A DNA stretch of 64,000 nucleotides from an uncultured Alphaproteobacteria bacterium (GTDB taxonomy: Bacteria; Pseudomonadota; Alphaproteobacteria; RF32; CAG-239). The position numbers and the translations under genes are program-made. The stretch spans positions 4,896 through 68,895 of the forward strand of contig CALXYD010000002.1 of assembly GCA_944392865.1 (NCBI GenBank), in the 5' to 3' direction. This document shows positions 37,428-47,456 of the stretch, one piece after another; position 1 is the first letter of the stretch; every line of letters begins with the position of its first letter. The notes below the pieces were generated by a model. The model was given only the letters and a program-made list of their open reading frames with translations. It was not told where the DNA came from and made no database searches.

Positions 37428-38672
37428 ATGCCCGCGCTGCCTTTAGTTCAAAATGTTGACCTGTTCTTAAACGATAAACCGTCCGTATATGCCCTTCGCC
37501 AAAAAGCCCTGCAAAGCCTGCAGAAGACAGGCTTTCCTGCAAAAAAAAACGAAGCATGGAAATATACAGACGTTGCTCTGATTTTAAACGGAGAATTTAC
37601 CTTAAACACTAATGATGAACCTTGCGGCAATCATCGTTGTTGCTCGTCGGCAAACAACCAAACCGAAACAATAAACATTACTTTTTGCAACGGAAGACTT
37701 CATCTTGAAGAATTTGCAACCCCGGAGGGGCTAACTATTACGCCTCTTCCTCTGGCACTCTATAACGGTGATTATAAACCATATCTCTGCCATGCTTACA
37801 ACATGGAAAAACACCCTTTCGCCGCCTTAAATCAGTTTTATCTGGAACAGGGCGTATGTATTTATGTTGAAAAAGAAAAAAAAATCTCTCATCCCATTGT
37901 TATCAACTATAAAAATCACGCAAAACAGTCTCTTTTGCAAAACATTCACAACCTAATCATTCTTGAACAAGGCGCTCAAGCTGAAATTTTAGAAAACTAC
38001 ATATCTGAAACCGATTCCCCTTATTTTATAAATACGGTCAACGAGATATATATCAAAAACAACGCAGGCCTGAACCATTACAAAGTTCAAAAAGCCCCCA
38101 TTTCCGCCAACCATATTACCCTAAATACTGTTAAAGTGCAGGAAAGCGGGAAATACAATCAATATTATAAATCGTCCGGCGCCAAAATCTCCCGTCAGGA
38201 AAACTTAATTTCCCTCAACGGGTCAAATGCCACCGCAGAAGTATATGCTGCTTACACCGCAAAAAAAGGCTGCTTAACAGACATAACTTCTAACATAAAC
38301 CACTTATTGCCTCAAACACAATCCAACCAATTCATAAAAGGTGTTTTAGAAAGCGATTCGTCTGCCGTTTTTCAAGGAAAAATCCATATTTCCCCTTATG
38401 CCGTAAAAACCTCAGGCCAACAATTACACAAAGCCCTGTATCTGGCGGACAATGCCATATTAAACTGCAAACCGGAACTGGAGATTTTTGCCGACGATGT
38501 CAAATGCTCACATGGCGCCAGTTGCGGCGAAATAGATAAAGAGCAATTATTTTATCTGACTTCACGCGGAATAAGCAAAGACGATGCTATAAAAATACTT
38601 ACCAAAGCACATTTAGATGAGATTACAGCGCTTATCCCAAATAAAATGCTGCAAGAACTCTATTTTGCCTGA
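37428..38672 (+). CDS. sufD: Fe-S cluster assembly protein SufD
   Basis: 414 aa with a C-terminal beta-helix region containing LEIFADDVKCSHGASCGEIDKEQLFYLTSRGI. Confidence 0.82.
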   Translation: MPALPLVQNVDLFLNDKPSVYALRQKALQSLQKTGFPAKKNEAWKYTDVALILNGEFTLNTNDEPCGNHRCCSSANNQTETINITFCNGRLHLEEFATPEGLTITPLPLALYNGDYKPYLCHAYNMEKHPFAALNQFYLEQGVCIYVEKEKKISHPIVINYKNHAKQSLLQNIHNLIILEQGAQAEILENYISETDSPYFINTVNEIYIKNNAGLNHYKVQKAPISANHITLNTVKVQESGKYNQYYKSSGAKISRQENLISLNGSNATAEVYAAYTAKKGCLTDITSNINHLLPQTQSNQFIKGVLESDSSAVFQGKIHISPYAVKTSGQQLHKALYLADNAILNCKPELEIFADDVKCSHGASCGEIDKEQLFYLTSRGISKDDAIKILTKAHLDEITALIPNKMLQELYFA

Positions 38673-39463
38673 TTATCTTCTTTTAACACATATCTTGCCT
38701 GATAAGCCAGAGAAGACATAAAAACAGCCACGCCCGTATAAACAACAAAATAAAAACAAAACTCGCCCAATAAACCGCTTAATAAAACCGGCAAAGTTTC
38801 ATCTTTAAGAAAAAACACAACCGTATTGCGGAAAATATAAGCTAAAATCAAAAAATAAAACAAAAACCAAACAAACAACTTATGCAAATTGTCAAACATC
38901 GGCCAAAATGTTTTGTTCAGCAACCACCACTTTTTTCCCTCTAAAAAAGAAACAAGCAACACACTATTTGTTATCAACGTCAAAGCAACCAATATTCCTG
39001 TCGTTTCCATAACAAATAAAAACAGCTCAAAACGCCAATCTGGCGTAACCTGACGTATATCTAAAGCATATATACGCCAAAAGACATATCCCCAGCAAAA
39101 CAAATAAAACAAAACAAAGACCAGAGGCTTCAAATCAGCTTTTTTAAATTTAAAACAAAGCGGCTCCTGCTTTTCACTAACTGTAAACCACTTGCTAATA
39201 TAAAAAGAAATTCCTCCAAATAAGCCGATTATTGAAACAATAAATAACCAACCGCTTGTTGAGCAGTATATCCCCTCTCCAATACCGCACATTAAAGTGC
39301 GTCCGCATAAAAAAGAAAGTGCAACATTTATCAAAGCTAATACACAAGTAAGCAAAGCAAAAGATTTAAAATACAACATTATCCTCCGTAGCGGATACAA
39401 AAAACCATCCACAAACGGAATAACTACTTCCCCTTCTGTATCCTTATCATCTTTTTTAAACAT
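38660..39463 (-). CDS. hypothetical polytopic membrane protein
   Basis: 267 aa with about 7 hydrophobic segments. It lies 11 nt downstream of dnaE on the same strand. I recognise no family. Confidence 0.5.
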   Translation of the reverse strand: MFKKDDKDTEGEVVIPFVDGFLYPLRRIMLYFKSFALLTCVLALINVALSFLCGRTLMCGIGEGIYCSTSGWLFIVSIIGLFGGISFYISKWFTVSEKQEPLCFKFKKADLKPLVFVLFYLFCWGYVFWRIYALDIRQVTPDWRFELFLFVMETTGILVALTLITNSVLLVSFLEGKKWWLLNKTFWPMFDNLHKLFVWFLFYFLILAYIFRNTVVFFLKDETLPVLLSGLLGEFCFYFVVYTGVAVFMSSLAYQARYVLKEDNQAK

Positions 39464-39474
39464 CGCCGTCTCCT

Positions 39475-42400
39475 CTATATCTCTTTAACCGATACAACAC
39501 CGGGAATATTTTTCAACTTGGAAAGCATCATATTATCCGAAAAAGCGTAACCGCCGCTTAACTCAATACGCACATCCCAATCCTGCAATTCCGGTTCTAA
39601 ATATACTTTATTAACGCCACGCATATCCGAACATAAAACTTTTCTTATCTCAGAAACAGCCGCCACATTATCAAGCGAAATAACCACGCCCTTTGCCTGT
39701 TCGGCTATAGCCTCATCTAAAGTTTTAACACTGTTTATCATGATTCGCGGCGTTTCATCTTCCGATTGCTTATTTACCGTAACCTTAACTAACAACGGCA
39801 CCCCGGAAATAACAACCTCGCCATATTTTTCCAATCCGTCAGAAAACAGCATACCTTCAAAATTTCCTGTCGTATCGGACAAACCGACGTATGCGTATTT
39901 ATTGCCGTTTTTGCTTGTCCGCCGTTGAAAATTTTCCACACATCCGGCAATATTGGCTTTAATGCTGTCCCCCACTCTGATGTTTGCCATAACCTCCTGA
40001 CAGGTCTTAACTCCGAGTTTCTTCATACTTTCCGCATACACGTCCAGCGGATGCGCAGAAAGATAAAAACCGATAGCTGCCGCTTCCAACCGCAATTTTT
40101 CCAAATCCGGCCAATCCGGTGCGTCAAAAAGTTTCACATTGGAAGAATATTCTTCCACCCCAAAAAGAGAAGACTGTGCACTGACTTTCATCTCCGTTGC
40201 CGATGAAATGTTTTTCAAAATCGTATCAATATTCGCAAAAAGCTTTCCTCTCTTTTTTTCCAAACAATCAAATGCTCCGGCTTTAATAAGTTGCTCTAAT
40301 TGCTTTCTGTTTAATTGTTTGGCATCTACCCGATTTATAAAATCTGTCAGACTCTTAAACTTTCCGCCTTTTTCACGAGCCTCAACAATAGCATTCATAT
40401 TCGATTCGCCAACGCCTTTAATAGCCCCCAAAGCATAACGGAGCTTTCCGTCTTGTACACTGAATTTCGCTAAAGACTCATTGATATCCGGCTTCAAAAC
40501 TTCAATACCCATAGCTTTGCATTCAGCCTTAAACCCGGCCAATTTATCTGTATTTGTTATATCCAAATCCATAACTGCACACATAAATTCCACCGGATAA
40601 TGAGCCTTCAGATAAGCTGTTTGATACGAAACAAGAGAATACGCCGCCGCATGCGATTTATTAAACCCGTATGATGCAAACTTCTCCATCTGGTCAAAAA
40701 TACTTTTAGCCACATCTTCATCAATTCCGTTTTTAATCGCACCTTCCGTAAACATCTTGCGCTGCTTCGGAATTTCGTCGCGCATTTTTTTACCCATAAC
40801 TTTTCTGAGTTTATCCGCACCGCCCATCGTATAACCGCCTAATTCCCGGGCAATCATCATAACCTGCTCTTGATAAACCATAATACCGTATGTTTCTTTT
40901 AGAATCGGCTCAAGTTTCGGATGCAAATATTGAATTTCTTCTTCGCCATGCTTTCTTTTAATAAAAGTCGGAATATTATCCATCGGTCCCGGACGATACA
41001 GCGACACAATCGCGATTAAATCCTCAAACCGGTCTGGCTTTATTTGCTTATGCACATCTTTCATTCCCGCCGATTCAAATTGAAACACGGCAGTCGTCCG
41101 CCCGTCTTGCAAAAGTTTATATGTATCAACATCATCAAGCGGCACCGCTTCCATATCCAAATCAATCCCTCTGGACTTTTTTATCCAGTCCACCGCCCGC
41201 TGAATTACCGTAAGCGTTTTCAACCCCAAAAAGTCAAACTTAATTAACCCGGTTTCTTCCACAAACTTCATGTCATACATTGTAACCGGCATATCCGCGC
41301 GCGGATCTTTATAAAGCGGCACCAACTCCTCAAGCGGCCTATCCCCGATAACTACACCCGCCGCATGCATACCTGAATTCCGATATAAACCTTCAAGCTT
41401 AATAGCTATTTCAAAAAGCTTATTAACCTGAGGATCATTCTTGCGCATTTCCTCTAATTCCGGTACCTGTTCCAAAGCCTCCGGCAATGTCGGATTCTTC
41501 CCTTGTGCACCGGCAGGTATCATTTTTGATATTCTGTCCGCCTGAGAATATGGCATCTGCAAAACTCTTGCCACATCTCGAATAACCGCTTTTGATTGCA
41601 GCTTACCGTATGTAATAATCTGCGCCACATGGTCAAATCCATATTTATTTTGCACATATTCAATCGTTTTGTAACGATTCTCCTGGCAAAAATCAACGTC
41701 AAAGTCCGGCATATTGACACGTTCGGGATTCAAAAAACGTTCAAACAGCAAATCCAGTTTTAAAGGGTCAAGCTCCGTAACTTTTAGCGACCACGCCACA
41801 ATTGACCCCGCACCGGAACCACGTCCGGGACCCACGGGAACACCGTGTCCTTTTGACCATTTAATAAAATCCGAAACGATAAGAAAATACCCCGGAAACC
41901 CCATTTTTTTGATAACGCTCAGTTCATATTCCAAACGGGCATAATACCGCTCATCAATTTCAGCCTTTTGCTCTGCCGTCATTCCCTCAAAATAAACCGC
42001 TTTTCTCAAACGTTCATCAAGCCCTTTATAGGCCTCCTCGGTAATAAACTCATCTTGCGATTTTCCTTCCGGGCATTCAAAAATCGGCAACAAAGGATTA
42101 ACTTTTTTAGATAAAAAATTACATAATTTCGCAATTCTGACCGTATTATTCACCGCTTCGGGCAAATCCGCAAAAAGCGCCACCATTTCATCTTCCGAAC
42201 GGAGTCGGTTATTTACGGAAAATCTCCGCCGATTCTCATCGGCAACGTATGCACCTTCGGCAATACAAACCAAAGCGTCATGCGCTTCATACATATCTTC
42301 ATCCATAAAAAACACTTCATTCGTTGCCACCAACGGAATATTATGCTTATAGGCTATATCAATAAAATCATCTTCTGTCTGTTGTTCTTTTTCTAGCCCG

Positions 42401-42951
42401 ATTCTTGATATTTCCATATACAGCCTGTCGCCGAAAATATCTTTCAATTTAAGCGCAAAGTCTTCCGCCTCTTTTTTTCGGTTTTCTAAAAGCAACCGGC
42501 CGATTGTTCCCTCAATTCCGCCTGTCAAAGCAATCAACCCGGCATTAAAATCTTCAAGATTTTGTATAGTTAACTGCGGAACCCAACCTTTCTCTGTATT
42601 ATCCAGATAAAACCGCTTCATCAGTTTCATAATATTATGATAGCCTTCTTCATTCATAACCAGCAAAACAATCTTATCGGGGTCAAGTTCTCTCCCTTTG
42701 GAGCGCATTAAATCATCAGAATCCGCATTACGCAGCAAAAATTGACACCCTAATATCGGCTTGATTCCCTCATCAGAAGCATATTTGGAAAAAGCTTTTC
42801 CGCCAAACATATTGGACGTATCTGTCACGGCCACCGCCGGCACACCCATATCATGCAATTTATGGATTAAATCAGGCAGTTTTATAGCTCCTTCCGCTAG
42901 GGAATACGCCGTATGAACACGCAAATGCACAAATTTAGGGTCTTTCATCAT
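39475..42951 (-). CDS. dnaE: DNA polymerase III subunit alpha
   Basis: PHP domain (FVHLRVHTAYSLAEGA), palm/fingers (GPGRGSGAGS, DFDVDF) and an OB fold. Length is 1158 aa. Confidence 0.97.
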   Translation of the reverse strand: MMKDPKFVHLRVHTAYSLAEGAIKLPDLIHKLHDMGVPAVAVTDTSNMFGGKAFSKYASDEGIKPILGCQFLLRNADSDDLMRSKGRELDPDKIVLLVMNEEGYHNIMKLMKRFYLDNTEKGWVPQLTIQNLEDFNAGLIALTGGIEGTIGRLLLENRKKEAEDFALKLKDIFGDRLYMEISRIGLEKEQQTEDDFIDIAYKHNIPLVATNEVFFMDEDMYEAHDALVCIAEGAYVADENRRRFSVNNRLRSEDEMVALFADLPEAVNNTVRIAKLCNFLSKKVNPLLPIFECPEGKSQDEFITEEAYKGLDERLRKAVYFEGMTAEQKAEIDERYYARLEYELSVIKKMGFPGYFLIVSDFIKWSKGHGVPVGPGRGSGAGSIVAWSLKVTELDPLKLDLLFERFLNPERVNMPDFDVDFCQENRYKTIEYVQNKYGFDHVAQIITYGKLQSKAVIRDVARVLQMPYSQADRISKMIPAGAQGKNPTLPEALEQVPELEEMRKNDPQVNKLFEIAIKLEGLYRNSGMHAAGVVIGDRPLEELVPLYKDPRADMPVTMYDMKFVEETGLIKFDFLGLKTLTVIQRAVDWIKKSRGIDLDMEAVPLDDVDTYKLLQDGRTTAVFQFESAGMKDVHKQIKPDRFEDLIAIVSLYRPGPMDNIPTFIKRKHGEEEIQYLHPKLEPILKETYGIMVYQEQVMMIARELGGYTMGGADKLRKVMGKKMRDEIPKQRKMFTEGAIKNGIDEDVAKSIFDQMEKFASYGFNKSHAAAYSLVSYQTAYLKAHYPVEFMCAVMDLDITNTDKLAGFKAECKAMGIEVLKPDINESLAKFSVQDGKLRYALGAIKGVGESNMNAIVEAREKGGKFKSLTDFINRVDAKQLNRKQLEQLIKAGAFDCLEKKRGKLFANIDTILKNISSATEMKVSAQSSLFGVEEYSSNVKLFDAPDWPDLEKLRLEAAAIGFYLSAHPLDVYAESMKKLGVKTCQEVMANIRVGDSIKANIAGCVENFQRRTSKNGNKYAYVGLSDTTGNFEGMLFSDGLEKYGEVVISGVPLLVKVTVNKQSEDETPRIMINSVKTLDEAIAEQAKGVVISLDNVAAVSEIRKVLCSDMRGVNKVYLEPELQDWDVRIELSGGYAFSDNMMLSKLKNIPGVVSVKEI

Positions 42952-43040
42952 TTACTCCGCAGAAAACAACAGCAAAATTGTAACGGCACTTTTGTAATAT
43001 CTCAACAACTTTATAAAACAAAATAACTTTTTTCTTCCTT

Positions 43041-43087
43041 ATAAAAAAATAAAAGGGAAGCCGGTCAAATAACCAAACTCCCCTTTT
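43041..43087 (-). terminator. terminator after the eno / small-protein operon
   Basis: On the - strand: AAAAGGGGAG ... CTTCCCTTTT (one mismatch) followed by ATTTTTTTAT. Confidence 0.6.
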
Positions 43088-43104
43088 GCTAAGCAACCAA
43101 AGTA

Positions 43105-43359
43105 CTACTCGTATTTTGCCTCTGCTCCATGCTGATAAACTTCCTGAGCATCTTCAAAATTATCACGCAATACTTTTCCGAGTTTTGATGCAGAATCAGC
43201 CGTATTGGACGCAGCCTCCCCACCGGAACTTTGCGAAAGCATAGCTTTAACATACTCAAGCTGTTCCATAGGCTCAGGACCGCCGGACATCCACCAAATT
43301 CCGGAACCGATTCCCACCAAAACAACAATTGCAATTATAAAAGATATGAGCCCTTTCAT
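43105..43359 (-). CDS. small membrane-anchored hypothetical protein
   Basis: 84 aa with an N-terminal TM helix (LISFIIAIVVLVGIGSGIWW). It lies 19 nt downstream of eno. It does not resemble FtsB, which often occupies this position. Confidence 0.4.
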   Translation of the reverse strand: MKGLISFIIAIVVLVGIGSGIWWMSGGPEPMEQLEYVKAMLSQSSGGEAASNTADSASKLGKVLRDNFEDAQEVYQHGAEAKYE

Positions 43360-43378
43360 GGTTCAATCTCCTTTAATT

Positions 43379-44659
<1,281 letters not shown>

Positions 44660-44824
44660 TTACTCCTATGTGTTAAATTAAAGTGCCTTCAATATAGCTT
44701 TTAGCATAATAAAGTCAAGATTCATCTACATTATTTATGCAGATTCTCTCAAACAAAATCCTTGTCTAATAACAAAAAAAGTATAAACTGGATTCCGACG
44801 TAATAAAATAAAGGAGCAGATAAT

Positions 44825-45289
44825 ATGTTTACAATGAAATGGCACTATCGCTTTATGGAACTTGCAAAACTAATATCTACTTGGTCAAAAGACACTTCTA
44901 CCAAAACCGGTGCGGTAATCGTCGGACCGGATAAGGAAATTCGCGCAACCGGATACAACGGCTTTGTCCGCGGCGTTGATGACGAAGTTTTTGAACGTTT
45001 TGAACGCCCGACAAAATACGATTTCTTTGAACACGCCGAAAGAAACGCCGTCTATAACGCCTGCCTTTGCGGTACTCAGGTAAAGGGCTGTGTTTTATAC
45101 GCCACACATTTCCCCTGCACTGACTGCACTCGGGCAATTATCCAATCCGGCATAAAACTTGTTGTAACCAACCCACTTACGATTGATAAAAACACACCGC
45201 AAAATACTTGGCGCGACCGTATATCGTATTCAGAACAAATGCTCCAGGAAGCCGGCGTAGAATTGCTTATTCTTCCGCCTAAAGAATAA
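44825..45289 (+). CDS. dCMP deaminase / ComEB-family deoxycytidylate deaminase
   Basis: HAERNAV (zinc His/Glu) and PCTDCTRAI (CxxC). The start may be MKWHY at 44834. Confidence 0.8.
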   Translation: MFTMKWHYRFMELAKLISTWSKDTSTKTGAVIVGPDKEIRATGYNGFVRGVDDEVFERFERPTKYDFFEHAERNAVYNACLCGTQVKGCVLYATHFPCTDCTRAIIQSGIKLVVTNPLTIDKNTPQNTWRDRISYSEQMLQEAGVELLILPPKE

Positions 45290-45375
45290 AAACTAGAAAC
45301 ATATCTTTAAAATCGCCAATCCGTACATATATTGCAACTACATTTAGGCAATACCTTAATTTTGAGGAGATATAA

Positions 45376-46008
45376 ATGAAAGTTTTAATTGCGGACGAGC
45401 AGTCTTTATTCAGAGACGGGTTGACCTTAAGGCTGAAAGAAATAAACCAAAACATAGACATTCTGCAATCATCTTCATTAACAGAAATGTTGCAAATATT
45501 GTCCGCGGAACCAAATACAGATATACTGATTTTGGATATAGACCTTGCCGGATTCTCTGCTGAAGAAACCATAAAAAATATTCAAAATATTTCCCCTTCT
45601 GCCAAAATCATCGCCATATCTTCCTCCGAAGACGTCCATAACATAAAAAATATATTATCTTTAGGCGCAAAAGGTTACATTCCAAAACGCTCCGACAGCA
45701 ATATTTTGAGCGGCGCCCTGAAATTGATACTAGACGGCGGAACATATATCCCTCCGATTATGCTGAAAACCGATTCTATCTCTAAATCAACTTCCCCCAC
45801 CCTTCCTCCGCTAAAAAAGAATCTGACTAACAGGCAATCTCAAGTACTTGATTTAATTGCACAAGGTAAATCAAATAAACAAATTGCGTATGATATGGGG
45901 GTATCAGAAGCAACGGTAAAACTGCATATCAACGCCCTGCTCCGTTCACTAAAAGTAAACAATCGCACCCAGGCTGTTATTACTGCGCAAAAAATGGGTC
46001 TCATTTAG
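45376..46008 (+). CDS. NarL/LuxR-family response regulator
   Basis: The receiver domain has the acidic pocket (ADEQ), a phospho-acceptor Asp in ILILDIDL and a conserved Lys (YIPK). A C-terminal LuxR HTH is present (LTNRQSQVLDLIAQGKSNKQIAYDMGVSEATVKLH). No kinase gene is adjacent. Confidence 0.88.
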   Translation: MKVLIADEQSLFRDGLTLRLKEINQNIDILQSSSLTEMLQILSAEPNTDILILDIDLAGFSAEETIKNIQNISPSAKIIAISSSEDVHNIKNILSLGAKGYIPKRSDSNILSGALKLILDGGTYIPPIMLKTDSISKSTSPTLPPLKKNLTNRQSQVLDLIAQGKSNKQIAYDMGVSEATVKLHINALLRSLKVNNRTQAVITAQKMGLI

Positions 46009-46085
46009 CAAAAAGCAGGTTCGGCTTAAAATAAAATTTACAATTACCGGCATAAACTAAAGCACAACCATAATGGAGAAGAAAA

Positions 46086-46787
46086 ATGCTTTATATTTTT
46101 ATCGGTTTTGCTTTCGGTTTTGCCATACCTTATCTAGCGCGCAGATTCGCTAAATTTATGCCGGCTACTTTTGCCTATGCCATATATCGGATTCTCAAAC
46201 CCAACAAAAACGTATCCAAACAAAAAAGAAAACAAAATCTTACATATAAAAAACTCTGTCTTCGCTATTTTATGCGTTCTTTGGGATGGGGAATCGTTAC
46301 CTCCTCCGTTATTTTCCTTCTCTCATTAACGGCTGCCGCCTCAGAAACGCCATGGCTCATTTTCCTTATTATCACACTGTTTATTTTAATGGAAATTGAT
46401 AAAAGGATGTTTCTTTTACCGGATATATTAACCGTTCCTCTTTTAATTGTCGGCTTTCTCTATGCTGCCTTTTCCGGTTACATTTTAGGCTTTGACGCCG
46501 CTTCATCAACTCTCAACAGCGCACTAGGAGCTTTTGCCGGATATTTTATTCCTGTCCTGGCTTCTTTATTTCTGATAAAAAAATACCCCGACGCATTTGG
46601 AGGAGGCGATATAAAACTTTTAGCCGCCGTCGGCGCTTGGCTCGGCTTAACCAATATACCCTATATTATACTGCTGTCTTGTCTGATTTTTGCCGTAACT
46701 TGCTTTATAAACAAACAAAAAATAGGCGCATTCGGCCCCTCAATCGTCATTGCCACATTGATAATTTTGTTTCTAAACATCTATTAA
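46086..46787 (+). CDS. A24-family prepilin peptidase (no methyltransferase domain)
   Basis: Polytopic protein with both catalytic-Asp contexts: EIDKRMFLLPD and GGGDIKLLAAVGAWLG. Confidence 0.7.
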   Translation: MLYIFIGFAFGFAIPYLARRFAKFMPATFAYAIYRILKPNKNVSKQKRKQNLTYKKLCLRYFMRSLGWGIVTSSVIFLLSLTAAASETPWLIFLIITLFILMEIDKRMFLLPDILTVPLLIVGFLYAAFSGYILGFDAASSTLNSALGAFAGYFIPVLASLFLIKKYPDAFGGGDIKLLAAVGAWLGLTNIPYIILLSCLIFAVTCFINKQKIGAFGPSIVIATLIILFLNIY

Positions 46788-46790
46788 CGG

Positions 46791-46818
46791 AAAAAGCAGG
46801 GTAAAAACCCTGCTTTTT
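46791..46818. terminator. bidirectional terminator between the prepilin peptidase and DUF805 genes
   Basis: Perfect 11-bp stem AAAAAGCAGGG / CCCTGCTTTTT with a 6-nt loop. Confidence 0.8.
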
Positions 46819-46842
46819 ATCAAATATAACATTCTCCGATAA

Positions 46843-47313
46843 TTATTTCACCTTAGCGTCAAATCTATTACTCTGCGCATCGCCTGGCAGACAAAACAGC
46901 AAAATCAACGCCAATCCGCCAATGCACGGAATCAAACAAATCAAAAAGAACCACCCCGACAAATCAATATCGTGCAACCGGCGAACAGCCAACCCGACAC
47001 TCGGAACCAAAAGAGCCAACATATAAAGCATTGATAAAAAGCTCAAAAACGGCAAAATAGCCACAACGAGTCCCAGCACAAAACCTATCAGCGATGAAAA
47101 CAAGGCAAACATCCAATATTGTCTACGTGAAACACGCCCGTCAAATCTCAAATACTCCTTTTTCAAATAATCTACAAAATATGTTTCAAATGCAGATTTC
47201 GCCGTTTCTTTATTTACCGATTTAATTTTCTTCGCCTCCGCAATAAAGTCTTCACATATTCCCTTACCCGTCTTTTTCAAAGTATCGGTATTTTTTAACG
47301 TGTTAAAATCCAT
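46843..47313 (-). CDS. DUF805-family inner-membrane protein
   Basis: RVSRRQYWMF motif followed by TM helices. I trimmed the start to MDFNTLKN, which has GGAGG 7 nt upstream. The longer track ORF would begin inside the ppdK terminator region. Confidence 0.7.
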   Translation of the reverse strand: MDFNTLKNTDTLKKTGKGICEDFIAEAKKIKSVNKETAKSAFETYFVDYLKKEYLRFDGRVSRRQYWMFALFSSLIGFVLGLVVAILPFLSFLSMLYMLALLVPSVGLAVRRLHDIDLSGWFFLICLIPCIGGLALILLFCLPGDAQSNRFDAKVK

Positions 47314-47401
47314 AACCAAACCTCCAAACAACAATAAACTTAACTGGCAATTATTTTGCTGATTATATTTAGGCAATTCAAACAAAAATAAAAGATATAT
47401 A

Positions 47402-47434
47402 CAAAAAACCCTGCCAAATCACTCCAGCAGGGTT
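47402..47434 (-). terminator. rho-independent terminator of ppdK
   Basis: On the - strand: AACCCTGC ... GCAGGGTT 8-bp stem followed by TTTTTT. Confidence 0.7.
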
Positions 47435-47456
47435 CTTTGCGCTATATCAAGCTAAA

